DNA of 64,000 nucleotides, taken from the NCBI GenBank assembly GCA_045601245.1, contig JAZRZH010000052.1:48975-112974 (forward strand). Reading direction: 5' to 3'. Below the pieces are notes generated by a model that worked only from the letters and a program-made list of their open reading frames with translations, had not been told where the DNA came from and searched no databases. Position 1 is the stretch's first letter, and the number at the start of each line of letters is the position of its first letter. Positions 9,119-19,074 of the stretch are shown here, one piece after another. A program made the position numbers and the translations under genes. The DNA is from Bacteroidales bacterium (GTDB lineage Bacteria; Bacteroidota; Bacteroidia; Bacteroidales; UBA932).

Positions 9119-10387
9119 CCTCGGAAAATCGAACACAATCGCCAGGATCGCGCATCCGCCCATTATGAACGGATAATAGAGATGCGGGATGATGGCTGTC
9201 GTGGATATCCCTGCTATGCCGGCGGCCATCAGGAGCTGCGCTCCATATGGGATGAGCCCCTGGATGAGACAGGAGAACGTATCCAGAATGCTCGCCGTCT
9301 TGCGCGGAGAGATGCCGTAGCGTTCTGCGACCTCACGCGTGATATCGCCCACGCTGATGATGGCTATGGTATTGTTGGCAGTACAGACATTGGCGATCGA
9401 CACGAGCGCCGCGATTGCCGCCTGTGCCCCGCGCGGGCCCTTGATATGGGCTGTAAGCCGGCCTATGACATAATCCAGGCCGCCTTCGCTGCGCATTATC
9501 TCCAGCATACCGCCAGCCAGCAGCGTGACGATGATCAGGTCGTTCATCGACGCAATGCCGCCGCCCATCGCCTCGAGCAGTTCTATCCAGGAGAAATCGC
9601 CGTAGCAGAAGCCGAGCACCGTATTGAGAAGCAGTCCCAAGGCGAGGGTCAGAGTGACATTGCATCCCGCGATGCCGAGCGCGATGACCAGGATGTACGG
9701 CATAATCTTGACCAGCTGGAATTCACCCTGCACGGGGAATTCCCCCACCGTGCGGCCCATAAGCAGATATATGGCCGTCACTATGGCCACGGCAGGAAGG
9801 ACTATCAGGATATTTGTCTTGAATTTGTCGCTCATCCGACATCCGGCGTATCGCGTTGCGGCGATCGTCGTATCCGAGATGAAGGAGAGATTGTCACCGA
9901 AGAATGCACCTCCCACTATCACCGCCGTCATGAACGGCAGACTGATACCCGTCTGCCCTGCCATTCCCGCGCCCAGAGGCACGAGGGCGACGATTGTACC
10001 GACGCTAGTACCGATGGCCATAGATATGAAGCAGGCGGTCAGGAAGAGGCCGGCGAAAAGCATTTTCGGAGGGATTATGCCCAGCAGCGCATTGACCGTG
10101 GCATCCACTGAGCCGATGGCCCTGGCGGATCCGGTAAATGCTCCGGCAAGGATGAATATCCATATCATCAGCAGGACATTCGAATTGCCGGCGCCGCGCG
10201 AGAATGTCACCAGACGCTCATCCAGCGGCCCGCGGGCTATACATACCGCATAAATGCAGGAGAGCAGGAACGCGACTGTGATCGGGACTCTGTAGAAGTC
10301 CCCGACGGCGATGGAGGTCAGCAGATAGACCGCCAGAAAAACGGCTATCGGACTCAACGCCAGCAATCCCCTGCCCCTGCTTTCCAT
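9110..10387 (-). CDS. nhaC: Na+/H+ antiporter NhaC-family membrane transporter
   Basis: 425 aa, polytopic (10 or more hydrophobic segments), overall NhaC-like sequence. Its end overlaps the convergent 6044-9118 gene by 9 nt. Confidence 0.6.
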   Translation of the reverse strand: MESRGRGLLALSPIAVFLAVYLLTSIAVGDFYRVPITVAFLLSCIYAVCIARGPLDERLVTFSRGAGNSNVLLMIWIFILAGAFTGSARAIGSVDATVNALLGIIPPKMLFAGLFLTACFISMAIGTSVGTIVALVPLGAGMAGQTGISLPFMTAVIVGGAFFGDNLSFISDTTIAATRYAGCRMSDKFKTNILIVLPAVAIVTAIYLLMGRTVGEFPVQGEFQLVKIMPYILVIALGIAGCNVTLTLALGLLLNTVLGFCYGDFSWIELLEAMGGGIASMNDLIIVTLLAGGMLEIMRSEGGLDYVIGRLTAHIKGPRGAQAAIAALVSIANVCTANNTIAIISVGDITREVAERYGISPRKTASILDTFSCLIQGLIPYGAQLLMAAGIAGISTTAIIPHLYYPFIMGGCAILAIVFDFPRSK

Positions 10388-10393
10388 AATCCT

Positions 10394-11686
10394 CTATTTG
10401 AAATCGGCGGCCTTCTGCATCAGAGCCGCAATCCTGTCATTGCAGAGATTGCCTATGCTGCCGATATGAGTGTGGTTGACGGTCTTGTCAGCAACGAACC
10501 GGCCTTCATTCACCTCTATGCCGACAGTCCTGTATGCATCGCGGAAAGGCATTCCCGCAAGCACGCGGCGGTTGACCTCCTCGACGGTGAACATTGTGTC
10601 GTAGAGGGACGAATCGAGGATATGCTCGTTGACCTTTACCTGCGAGATCATATAATCCGCCATCTGCAGGCACTGATGCATCAGTTCGAGTACCGGGAAC
10701 AGGATATCCTTGAGCAGCTGGAACTCGCGGTGATAACCCTGATGCAGGTTGCCGCAGAGCATCGATATCTCATTTTCACAGGCCATGATGCGGTTGCAGT
10801 GGCCGCGCATTATCTCCCACACGTCAGGATTCTTCTTGTGCGGCATTATGCTGGAGCCGGTGGTCAGTTCGGCAGGGAATGATATGAATCCGTAGTTAGG
10901 GCACATATACATACAGCAGTCCGCAGCGAATTTATTGAGAGTCAACGCTATGGATCCGAGGGCGGAAGCCACTGCGCGCTCCGATGCGCCACGGCTGAGC
11001 TGGGCGGCGACGCTGTTGTAGACCGGGGAGTCGAAACCGAGAAGGTCGGTGGTCATCTGACGGTCCAGAGGGAAGGAGTTGCCGTATCCCGCTGCGGAGC
11101 CGAGCGGATTGCGGTTTACCACGCGGTAAGCCGCGGCCAGCTGGTACATATCATCCACGAGATTCTCGGCATATGCGCCGAACCAGAGGCCGAATGACGA
11201 CGGCATCGCTATCTGTTCGTGGGTATATCCCGGCACCAGAACGTCCTTGTATTTCTCGCTGAGGCTCTGGAGAGTGGTGAACAGCTGCATCATCTCATCG
11301 CGGAACGAGAGTATCTCGTCGCGCAGATAGAGCTTGAGGTCCACGAGGACCTGGTCGTTGCGGGAACGGCCTGAATGTATCTTCTTGCCCATATCGCCGA
11401 GACGGCGGGTGAGCAGCAGCTCGACCTGCGAATGGATATCCTCAACCTCATCCTCGAGCACGAAAGTGCCGGCTTCGATTTCGGAAAGTATCCCGTCCAG
11501 ACCGTCGGTAAGTGTTGCCAGTTCTTCGGAGCTCAGCAGTCCGATGCTCTCGAGCATCCTGATGTGTGCCTTGGACCCGATGACGTCATATTTTGCGAGG
11601 CGCAGGTCAAGCACGCGGTCTCCACAGACCGTGAAATCCTCGACGAGCGAAGTCGCTTCGGTACCCTTATTCCAGAGTGTTGCCAT
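10394..11686 (-). CDS. argH: Argininosuccinate lyase
   Basis: 430 aa with the fumarate-lyase signature GSSIMPHKKNPDV, plus GRSRNDQV and GYTHEQIAMP. Last gene of the arg operon. Confidence 0.92.
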   Translation of the reverse strand: MATLWNKGTEATSLVEDFTVCGDRVLDLRLAKYDVIGSKAHIRMLESIGLLSSEELATLTDGLDGILSEIEAGTFVLEDEVEDIHSQVELLLTRRLGDMGKKIHSGRSRNDQVLVDLKLYLRDEILSFRDEMMQLFTTLQSLSEKYKDVLVPGYTHEQIAMPSSFGLWFGAYAENLVDDMYQLAAAYRVVNRNPLGSAAGYGNSFPLDRQMTTDLLGFDSPVYNSVAAQLSRGASERAVASALGSIALTLNKFAADCCMYMCPNYGFISFPAELTTGSSIMPHKKNPDVWEIMRGHCNRIMACENEISMLCGNLHQGYHREFQLLKDILFPVLELMHQCLQMADYMISQVKVNEHILDSSLYDTMFTVEEVNRRVLAGMPFRDAYRTVGIEVNEGRFVADKTVNHTHIGSIGNLCNDRIAALMQKAADFK

Positions 11687-12755
11687 AGTTTTCTATAAAT
11701 TTGATGTAAGTATCGACAGCCTCATCCAGTTCGGAGATGAGGAGATATTCGTTCTTCTTGTGTGAGCGGGCCGAATTGCCGGGGCCCATCTTGATGGCGT
11801 CGCAGGCGATGCGGATCCAGTCGGAAGTGGTCGGCGAGGAGAATGTCTCTATGCCGAGGCTTTCCGCGCAGCGTACCAGCGGCGAGGAGAGCGGAGTGGC
11901 GGAGGATGCATTCCTGAGGTTGCGCGGCTTTAGCGTGCTTTTGCAGAATGACTGCATCTCGGCGACGAGTTCCGCATTGTCGTAGGCGTCCGTAGGACGG
12001 ACGTCCACCACGAACGTGCAGAGGTCCGGCACTACGTTGTGTACGGTGCCGGCCTGGATCTGGGTCACGTTGACGTGGACCCAGCCCATCTGCGGCGACA
12101 CCTTGGCGAATTTGTGGGAACGGATTGCGGCGATGTCCTCCATCGCGATGTAGAGGGCATTGACCCCCTCCTCCCTGGCTGCGTGGCCGCTGACGCCGTG
12201 GGCCTCGCAGTCCAGCACTATCAGGCCGCGCTCGGAAGTTGCCGCACGCATCTGCGTCGGCTCGCCGACTATTGCCCAGGTCACGCTGTCGCGCAATACC
12301 TTCTCCCATGTCAGGCGTATGCCGTTCTCCCCCGTCCTCTCCTCCTCGGCGGAGAGGGAAAGAATCAGATTGAAAGGCAGCTGCCTGCCATCGAAATACC
12401 TGAACGCCGCCATCATTGACACCACACTGCCGCCGTCATCGTTGCTGCCAAGGCCGCATATCGCATCCGGCATCGAAGGCTGTTCCGGCTCATACGGGTC
12501 GAAATCATATTCCGGGCTCGGCGGCACGGTATCGATATGCGCGTCCATCATAAGCGTCGGACGGCACGTGTCGTATCCCTTCGAACGGCAGATGATATTG
12601 CAGCCGATGCGCTCGAAGTCCACGCCCCACTCCGTGAGCCTGGATGCTATGAGGTCGCTCACCGCACCTTCCTCGAACGAAGGTGAAGGTATCCTGATCA
12701 TATCCCGCAGCAGCTGCGCCGCATCGCGCTTGAGAATATCTGTCCGTGTTTCCAT
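11667..12755 (-). CDS. argE: M20-family deacylase of the arginine pathway (ArgE-like)
   Basis: 362 aa with an M20 peptidase/deacylase pattern (AHIDTVP, GSNDDGG, EEE). Sits between argB and argH and overlaps argH by 20 nt. Confidence 0.7.
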   Translation of the reverse strand: METRTDILKRDAAQLLRDMIRIPSPSFEEGAVSDLIASRLTEWGVDFERIGCNIICRSKGYDTCRPTLMMDAHIDTVPPSPEYDFDPYEPEQPSMPDAICGLGSNDDGGSVVSMMAAFRYFDGRQLPFNLILSLSAEEERTGENGIRLTWEKVLRDSVTWAIVGEPTQMRAATSERGLIVLDCEAHGVSGHAAREEGVNALYIAMEDIAAIRSHKFAKVSPQMGWVHVNVTQIQAGTVHNVVPDLCTFVVDVRPTDAYDNAELVAEMQSFCKSTLKPRNLRNASSATPLSSPLVRCAESLGIETFSSPTTSDWIRIACDAIKMGPGNSARSHKKNEYLLISELDEAVDTYIKFIENYGNTLE

Positions 12756-13546
12756 TATTCTGATATGAGAGTTGTCTGAATATCGTTCGAAAGATTCTTG
12801 GCGTGCTTGATGATGACGCTCTTCACGCCGGCGGCGATTGCCTTGAAGGAGTTGTCGAGCTTGGGGATCATGCCGTCGGCTACAACGCCTTCAGCCTTCA
12901 GGGTCGCATATGCAGAGGGTGTGATGACCGGGATGACGGATGAATCGTCATCCTTGTCGGAGAGCACGCCGTCCTTCTCGAAGCAGTATATCAGTTCGAC
13001 GGCCGCGGCCGCAGCGAGCGCGGAGGCGATGGATGATGAGACAGTGTCCGCGTTGGTGTTGAGCAGATTGCCGTTGCCGTCGTGATTGATGGCGCAGAGC
13101 ACCGGTGTGATGCCTGCATCCAGCAGCTTCAGCAGCAGAGGGCAGTTGACGCCATCCGGATAGATGTCACCGACAAATCCGTAATCCACCGGTGTCGCGG
13201 GACGTTTGACAGCCTTGATGACATTGGCGTCGGCGCCGCTCATACCGAGGGCATTGCATCCCTGCGCCTGCAGGAGCGCCACCACGTTCTTGTTGCACCA
13301 GCCGGCATAGACCATAGTCACGACGCGGAGGGTGTCAGCATCGGTGACGCGCCGTCCCTCTATCATCACCGGAGTCTGTCCGAGCGCCTTCTGTATGGTG
13401 CTGGCCATCACTCCGCCGCCGTGGACGAGGATCTTCGGTCCTTCCAGGGCCGCGAAATCCTTCACGAACGCGGAGAGGAGTTCCGGATTGTCGACTACGT
13501 TGCCGCCTATCTTGATTACTTTGATTTCCATAATATTAAAGGTCAA
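12755..13546 (-). CDS. argB: N-acyl-glutamate kinase
   Basis: 263 aa of the amino-acid kinase family (VIKIGGNV, LVHGGG). Alternative start is M6 at 13531. Confidence 0.88.
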   Translation of the reverse strand: MTFNIMEIKVIKIGGNVVDNPELLSAFVKDFAALEGPKILVHGGGVMASTIQKALGQTPVMIEGRRVTDADTLRVVTMVYAGWCNKNVVALLQAQGCNALGMSGADANVIKAVKRPATPVDYGFVGDIYPDGVNCPLLLKLLDAGITPVLCAINHDGNGNLLNTNADTVSSSIASALAAAAAVELIYCFEKDGVLSDKDDDSSVIPVITPSAYATLKAEGVVADGMIPKLDNSFKAIAAGVKSVIIKHAKNLSNDIQTTLISE

Positions 13547-14489
13547 GCAGCATCTCCTTGAGAACAGTCTGGGCCGAAACCACGCGGTTGGCGGCCTCCG
13601 GTATCACGAGAGACTGCGGGCTTTCGATGACATCGTCGCTGACAATCATATTGCGGCGGACCGGAAGGCAGTGCATGAAGTATGCGTTGTTTGTGAGGGC
13701 CATCTTCTCAGTGGTGATGGTCCAGCTGCGGTCCTTGTTGATGACCTGGCCGTAATTCGGGTCCTGGTATGCGGACCAGTTCTTCGCATATACGAAGTCC
13801 GCACCTTCGAGCGCCTTGTCCTGGTCGTATTCGACGCGTGCGTTGCCGACAAACTCGGGAGCGAGCTCATAGCCGTGCGGATGGGTGATTACGAACTCAT
13901 AGTCGGTCATATTGATGCCTTCGGCAAATGAATTCGGCACGGCCTGCGGCAGAGCCTTTGGATGCGGAGCCCAGGACATCACGACCTTAGGCTTCGGGCT
14001 CTTCTTGTACTCCTCTATCGTGATAATGTCGGCGAAGGTCTGGAGTGGATGGCGTGTGGCCGCCTCCATACTGAAGACCGGCTTGCCGGAGTATTTTATG
14101 AACTGGCTGAGGATTTCCTCGTTGTAGTCAGCCTCCTTGCTCTCGAAGTGAGCGAACGAGCGCACTCCGATGATGTCGCAGTAGCAGCCCATCACTGGTA
14201 TTGCCTCGAGCAGATGTTCGGACTTGTCGCCGTCCATTATCACTCCCCTCTCGGTCTCGAGTTTCCAGGCGCCCTGATTGACATCGAGCACGATCACGTT
14301 CATACCGAGATTCATCGCAGCCTTCTGCGTGCTGAGCCTGGTGCGGAGGGAGTTGTTGAAAAAGATCATCAGCAGGGTCCTGTTGTGTCCGAGAGCCTGG
14401 TCGGCGAAAGGATTGCGCTTGACGGCAAACGCCTTCGCCAAAGCCTCCTCGAGGTTGCCCAGCTGCTTTATGCTTGTAAATGTTTTCAT
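13536..14489 (-). CDS. argF: N-acyl-L-ornithine carbamoyltransferase (ArgF'-type, N-succinylornithine transcarbamylase-like)
   Basis: 317 aa with the transcarbamylase motifs SLRTRLS (STRTR-like) and HCLP. The length and the lack of canonical OTCase ornithine-loop features fit the Bacteroides argF' type. Confidence 0.8.
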   Translation of the reverse strand: MKTFTSIKQLGNLEEALAKAFAVKRNPFADQALGHNRTLLMIFFNNSLRTRLSTQKAAMNLGMNVIVLDVNQGAWKLETERGVIMDGDKSEHLLEAIPVMGCYCDIIGVRSFAHFESKEADYNEEILSQFIKYSGKPVFSMEAATRHPLQTFADIITIEEYKKSPKPKVVMSWAPHPKALPQAVPNSFAEGINMTDYEFVITHPHGYELAPEFVGNARVEYDQDKALEGADFVYAKNWSAYQDPNYGQVINKDRSWTITTEKMALTNNAYFMHCLPVRRNMIVSDDVIESPQSLVIPEAANRVVSAQTVLKEMLLDL

Positions 14490-15616
14490 TTCTGTTCAGT
14501 CAATTTTTTCCAGGAGGCCACGAATCCTGCGGCGGTCTCCTCAGTGATTGTAAGCGCCGGCAGCAGGCGGATAACCTGAGCTCCTGCGGCTCCGGTGAAG
14601 AAATGCTCCTCGAAGAGCAGCCTGTCGCGCAGGCCGGCATATTCCGGCTTGATCTCGAGTCCGACCATCAGGCCGCGGCCGCGGTACTCCTGCACCGCCG
14701 CGTCACCAGCGAACGCCTTGCGGAAATACTCTCCCACCCTGGCGGCATTCTTCACCAGATGCTCGTTCTCAATGACATCGAGCACGGCGAGTGCCGCGGT
14801 GCAGGCGAGATGATTGCCGCCGAAAGTTGTGCCGAGCATCCCGTACTCCGGCTTGATGTCCGGAGCGATGAGCACGCCGCCGATCGGGAAACCGTTGCCC
14901 ATACCCTTCGCTGTGGTAATGATGTCCGGGCGGACACCGGAACGCTGATGGGCGAAGAAATTGCCCGTGCGTCCATAGCCGGACTGCACTTCGTCCAGGA
15001 TGAGACAAGTGCCGTATTTGTCACAGAGCCCACGAAGGGTCTGGAGAAATTCGTCAGTCGGTTCGTGGATGCCTGCGACGCCCTGTATGCCTTCGATGAT
15101 GACGGCTGCGAAATCCCCTTTCGAGAGTTCGCGGTCAACCTCATCCGCATCGTTCAGCGGAACGAAGACGACATTGGGCGTCCTGTTGAAAGGAGCCTGT
15201 ATCTTCGGATTGTCGGTGACTGCCACGGCGCCCGAAGTGCGGCCGTGGAATGCCTTGGAGAAGGCGAGCACCTTGCTTCTGCCGTTGCTGAATGACGCGA
15301 GCTTCATCGCGTTCTCATTGGCCTCCGCGCCGCTGTTGCAGAGGAAGAGGCTGTAATCCTCATACCCGGAGAGACGGCCGAGCCTGTCGGCGAGGTCCTT
15401 CTGGAGGGAGTTCTGCACTGCGTTGGAATAGAAGCCGAGCCTGTTCAACTGTGCGGTGATCATCTCCACGTAGTGCGGGTGACAGTGGCCGATGGATATC
15501 ACGGCGTGTCCGCCGTAGAGGTCGGTATATTCGACGCCCTTGATGTCCCACAGCGTGGTGCCGAGTCCCTTGACTGGCTCGATGTTCCAGAGTTTGTATA
15601 CTTCGAAAAGATCCAT
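14486..15616 (-). CDS. argD: Acyl-ornithine aminotransferase (class-III PLP aminotransferase)
   Basis: 376 aa. LILDEVQSGYGRTG and the TTAKG PLP-lysine region are typical of ArgD. Confidence 0.88.
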   Translation of the reverse strand: MDLFEVYKLWNIEPVKGLGTTLWDIKGVEYTDLYGGHAVISIGHCHPHYVEMITAQLNRLGFYSNAVQNSLQKDLADRLGRLSGYEDYSLFLCNSGAEANENAMKLASFSNGRSKVLAFSKAFHGRTSGAVAVTDNPKIQAPFNRTPNVVFVPLNDADEVDRELSKGDFAAVIIEGIQGVAGIHEPTDEFLQTLRGLCDKYGTCLILDEVQSGYGRTGNFFAHQRSGVRPDIITTAKGMGNGFPIGGVLIAPDIKPEYGMLGTTFGGNHLACTAALAVLDVIENEHLVKNAARVGEYFRKAFAGDAAVQEYRGRGLMVGLEIKPEYAGLRDRLLFEEHFFTGAAGAQVIRLLPALTITEETAAGFVASWKKLTEQK

Positions 15617-15617
15617 A

Positions 15618-16580
15618 TCAGAATGCCGAAGCCTTTAGTCTGAGGCCGGACTTCTCATCCAGGCCGCAGATGATGTTCATATTCTGGACCGCCTGTCCGC
15701 TCGCTCCCTTGAGCAGGTTGTCGATGGCGGAGCACACCAGCAGTTTGTCACCGTGCTTCTCGATGGAGATCACGCACTTGTTGGTGTTGACCACCTGCTT
15801 GAGATCCACCGGCGAGCCGCTGACGAAGGTGAATGCGGCGTCCTTGTAATAATTCCTGTACATTGAGACGGACTCCTCTGCTGAGAGATTGCTGTCCACA
15901 TATACACTGGCGAAGATTCCGCGGGCGAAATCACCGCGCATCGGCACGAAATTGATCCTGCCGCTGAAGTCCGGCTGCATTCCCTTGAGATTGCGGCAGA
16001 TCTCCAGCAGATGCTGGTGCTCGAACGCCTTGTAAACGGAGATATTGTTGTTCCTCCAGCTAAAATGCGTCGTGGCACCCGGCTTGACGCCGGCGCCGGT
16101 GGAACCCGTGATAGCGGTCACCTGCACCTCCTCCGGCAGCAGATGAGCGGCGGCGAGAGGCAGCAGCGCAAGCTGGATGGCCGTCGCGAAACAGCCCGGG
16201 TTGGCAATGAGCTCCGCCCCCTCTATCCTGCTCTTCTGCATTTCAGGCAGGCCATATATATAGCACTCGCTCTCATCGCGGAAGTCCTGCGCGAGGTCGA
16301 TGACCTTGAGGCCGGAAGGCCGTTCATTTTCACTCCAGAATTCACGGCTCTTGCCGTGCGCCGAGCAGAGGAAAAGCACGTCGATTGAGTTGAGGTCGAA
16401 CGTATCGCAGAAGCACATCTCTGTGTCACCGATCAGTCCGCTGTGCACGTCGCAGAGATGCGCGCCGGCATTGGATGAACTGTGAACGAATGCCAACTCC
16501 ACCTGAGGGTGGTTAATGAGCAGCCTGATGAGTTCTCCGGCGGTGTATCCCGCGCCGCCTATGATTCCGACTCTGATCAT
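15618..16580 (-). CDS. argC: N-acyl-gamma-glutamyl-phosphate reductase
   Basis: 320 aa with an N-terminal Rossmann motif GIIGGAGYTAGELIRLL and an active-site region NPGCFATA. Confidence 0.88.
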   Translation of the reverse strand: MIRVGIIGGAGYTAGELIRLLINHPQVELAFVHSSSNAGAHLCDVHSGLIGDTEMCFCDTFDLNSIDVLFLCSAHGKSREFWSENERPSGLKVIDLAQDFRDESECYIYGLPEMQKSRIEGAELIANPGCFATAIQLALLPLAAAHLLPEEVQVTAITGSTGAGVKPGATTHFSWRNNNISVYKAFEHQHLLEICRNLKGMQPDFSGRINFVPMRGDFARGIFASVYVDSNLSAEESVSMYRNYYKDAAFTFVSGSPVDLKQVVNTNKCVISIEKHGDKLLVCSAIDNLLKGASGQAVQNMNIICGLDEKSGLRLKASAF

Positions 16581-16583
16581 ACG

Positions 16584-17792
16584 TTATTCTGGAAGTTCGT
16601 CCTTATGGCTAAGGTAGTATGCCCTTAGTGCGGTGGAAGTCACCTTGATGAAGCCCTTGGCGTCATCGGAAGTCCAGCCCTTCGCGCCTTCGCCGTATTC
16701 GCCGAGCTTGTTCTTGACAAGGTCGTTAGGCGTATCGACGCCGATTGTCGAGAATGAGAGCGGTCGGAGTTCGAGGGTCACGGTACCGGTGACGTTGCGC
16801 TGGCTGCTGGTGAGCATAGCCTCGATGTCGCGCATCACAGGCTCGAGATACTGGCTCTCGTGGAGGAACATTCCGTACCAGTTTGCCACCTGGTCCTTCC
16901 AGTACTGCTGCCACTTGGAAAGAGTGAACTTCTCGAGGAACTTGTGGGCGCCGATGATGAGCATAGGTGCTGCAGCCTCGAAGCCTACGCGGCCCTTGAT
17001 GCCGATGATGGTGTCACCGACGTGCATGTCGCGGCCGATGCCGTATGCAGCGCCGATGGCTTCCACAGCCTGGATTGCCGCGATCTTGTCTTCGTACTCA
17101 GTGCCGTTTACGCTGCAGAGTTCGCCGTCCTTGAATCCGATGCTCAGCACTTCGCTGCCCTGCTTCTCCACCTGCTTGAGATATGCTGTCTCCGGGAGGC
17201 CCTGCTTCGAATCGAGGATTTCGCCTCCGCAGATGGAGGTGCCCCAGATACCTACATTATATGAATATTTGAGCTTCGTGAAATCAGCGAAGAATCCGTG
17301 CGCGTTGAGGTAGTCGATCTCCTCCTTGCGGGAGAGATTGCCGTCGCGAGTGAGAGTGATGATCTCCATCTTCGGGCACATCACGAGGAATGTCATATCG
17401 AAGCGTACCTGGTCGTTGCCGGCACCGGTGGAGCCGTGGGCGATGGCGTCCGCACCTATCTCATTTGCGTAGCGGGCGATGGCCATTCCCTGGAATATAC
17501 GCTCGGATGACACGGAGATAGGATATGTTCCGTTGCGGAGTACATTGCCGTAAATCATATATTTGAGGCTCTTCTCATAATATTCCTTCGTGACGTCGAG
17601 GGTGACGTACTTGGTTGCGCCTAGCTTGTAAGCGTTCTCCTCGTTGGTCCTGAGCTGCTCTTCGCTGAATCCGCCGGTATTGGCGCAGGCAGCATATACT
17701 TCATATCCCTTTTCCTTTGCAAGATACATCACTGTGTAGGATGTATCCAGACCGCCGCTGAAAGCAACGACAACTTTCTTTTTGTTTTCCAT
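16584..17792 (-). CDS. argG: Argininosuccinate synthase
   Basis: 402 aa with the PP-loop AFSGGLDTS and HGSTGAGNDQVRF. Confidence 0.93.
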   Translation of the reverse strand: MENKKKVVVAFSGGLDTSYTVMYLAKEKGYEVYAACANTGGFSEEQLRTNEENAYKLGATKYVTLDVTKEYYEKSLKYMIYGNVLRNGTYPISVSSERIFQGMAIARYANEIGADAIAHGSTGAGNDQVRFDMTFLVMCPKMEIITLTRDGNLSRKEEIDYLNAHGFFADFTKLKYSYNVGIWGTSICGGEILDSKQGLPETAYLKQVEKQGSEVLSIGFKDGELCSVNGTEYEDKIAAIQAVEAIGAAYGIGRDMHVGDTIIGIKGRVGFEAAAPMLIIGAHKFLEKFTLSKWQQYWKDQVANWYGMFLHESQYLEPVMRDIEAMLTSSQRNVTGTVTLELRPLSFSTIGVDTPNDLVKNKLGEYGEGAKGWTSDDAKGFIKVTSTALRAYYLSHKDELPE

Positions 17793-17795
17793 ATG

Positions 17796-18371
17796 TTATT
17801 TCTCCTTTTCTATTTCAAATGGTGTTCTGATGGTGATGCGGTCGTTCGGGTCATAAAGCAGACCTGTGCAGACGCATCGTTCGTAATCATTCCTGAGCAG
17901 AATGTCATAGTTGCGGCAACCCTCGCAGCCTTTCCAGAATTCGTGGTCTGTCGTAAGTTCGCAGAACGGGACCGGACGGAATCCGAATTCGTAGTTGAGC
18001 CGCATCACCGCGCCGCCGGTGGTGATGCTGAATATCTTGGCATCCGGGAAGAGCCTGCGCGAAAGGATGAATGTCTGTTCCTTGATCATCCTTGCGAGGC
18101 CCTCGCGTCGGTAACGGTGAGATACGATAAGTCCTGAATTGGCGACATACGCCTTGCCTCCCCAGGACTCGATATATGAAAATCCGGCGAATGCTCCTTC
18201 CTCATCGAGCGCGATGACCGCCTTGCCGTCGCGCATCTTTTCCGCTATGTACTCAGGAGTCCTCGTGGCAATGCCAGTATGGCGCTCCTGCGCCGAGATA
18301 AATATCTCCCTGGATATCTCCCCGGCAAATTTCGTGTGGCTCTCATCGGCCACCTGAACTGTAAAATTCAT
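17796..18371 (-). CDS. GNAT-family acyltransferase, first gene of the arg operon (probable glutamate N-acyltransferase)
   Basis: 191 aa with a GNAT core (VSHRYRREGLARMI). It leads the arg operon, as in other Bacteroidetes arg clusters. Confidence 0.7.
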   Translation of the reverse strand: MNFTVQVADESHTKFAGEISREIFISAQERHTGIATRTPEYIAEKMRDGKAVIALDEEGAFAGFSYIESWGGKAYVANSGLIVSHRYRREGLARMIKEQTFILSRRLFPDAKIFSITTGGAVMRLNYEFGFRPVPFCELTTDHEFWKGCEGCRNYDILLRNDYERCVCTGLLYDPNDRITIRTPFEIEKEK

Positions 18372-18412
18372 TGTCAGTTATAACAAACAACAATACGTCG
18401 AATATAAAATGA

Positions 18413-18420
18413 CAAAATTA
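18413..18420 (-). promoter_or_regulatory. Candidate -7 promoter box TAATTTTG for the arg operon
   Basis: Plus strand reads CAAAATTA, which matches TAnnTTTG on the minus strand. It lies 41 nt upstream of the GNAT ATG at 18371. Confidence 0.4.
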
Positions 18421-18455
18421 CTCACATCACCGCACAAATGCAAGAGAGAACGGGC

Positions 18456-18491
18456 AAAAAAAGCGGGGCCGGCCGCGATGGCCGGTCCCGC
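18456..18491 (-). terminator. Rho-independent terminator after the 18517-18993 gene
   Basis: GC-rich 12-bp stem GCGGGACCGGCC / GGCCGGCCCCGC on the minus strand (one G-U pair), 5-nt loop, followed by T7 (plus-strand A7 at 18456-18462). Confidence 0.75.
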
Positions 18492-18516
18492 ACAGGGTCT
18501 TGATCAATTGGAATGA

Positions 18517-18993
18517 TTACTTCTTCTTGAGGATGCCGCCGAGGATTGAGGTGGCCGCACCGAGGATGCCTGAGCCGCTCTTGGCGCTGCTCTTGGCTGC
18601 TCCGCCGCCCTTGAGCGTAAGGAGAATGTCCTGGAAATCAACGTCACCGTCGCCGTCCTTGTCCGAAAGGATGCCTGAGAGCTTGCCCATCACTGTAGGA
18701 ATGATATTGCCGAGAGCACCTGTGAGAACGGAGCCGAGACCGAGCTTGCCGGCGTTTGTCTTGAAGAGATTGCCTGCGAGAGCGGTGATCGGGCTGCTTG
18801 CAGCAGACTGCTTGCCTGTCAGCAGATTCTTGATCTGATCTACGCCACCGGCTTTGGTGACTGTCTGTGTGAGGCTCCCGAAGATTGAGTCGGAAAGGCC
18901 GCCAAGGGCTTTCTCCTTGAGATTATCAGGGATTTCGATTCCACCGGCGTTTGCCTTTACAGCTGACGCGATAATGTCTTGAATGTTTGCCAT
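18517..18993 (-). CDS. Small Gly/Ala/Leu-rich protein with an EF-loop-like DKDGDGDVDFQD motif (DUF937-like)
   Basis: The ORF-track start at 19032 lies only 10 nt from the -7 box. The ATG at 18993 (MANIQDIIASAVK) leaves a 49-nt leader from the -7 box at 19043-19050. Repetitive G-x-L-G composition and the Ca-binding-loop-like DKDGDGDVDFQD. The gene has its own promoter and terminator. Confidence 0.65.
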   Translation of the reverse strand: MANIQDIIASAVKANAGGIEIPDNLKEKALGGLSDSIFGSLTQTVTKAGGVDQIKNLLTGKQSAASSPITALAGNLFKTNAGKLGLGSVLTGALGNIIPTVMGKLSGILSDKDGDGDVDFQDILLTLKGGGAAKSSAKSGSGILGAATSILGGILKKK

Positions 18994-19042
18994 GATCGAT
19001 AAATTTATTTGGTTTTGATAATTGGAATTCATTGTGTGTCCA

Positions 19043-19050
19043 CAAAGTTA
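19043..19050 (-). promoter_or_regulatory. Candidate -7 promoter box TAACTTTG for the 18517-18993 gene
   Basis: Plus strand reads CAAAGTTA, which matches TAnnTTTG on the minus strand. Confidence 0.4.
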
Positions 19051-19074
19051 AAAAGATTTGTCAAAATGATGAAT

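Noticed and set aside
18372-18455. A possible ArgR operator (ARG box) in the arg operon leader.
   Set aside because: Only a partial half-site-like ATATTCG is present, with no 18-bp palindrome or tandem boxes. This is not enough to call without a position weight matrix scan.
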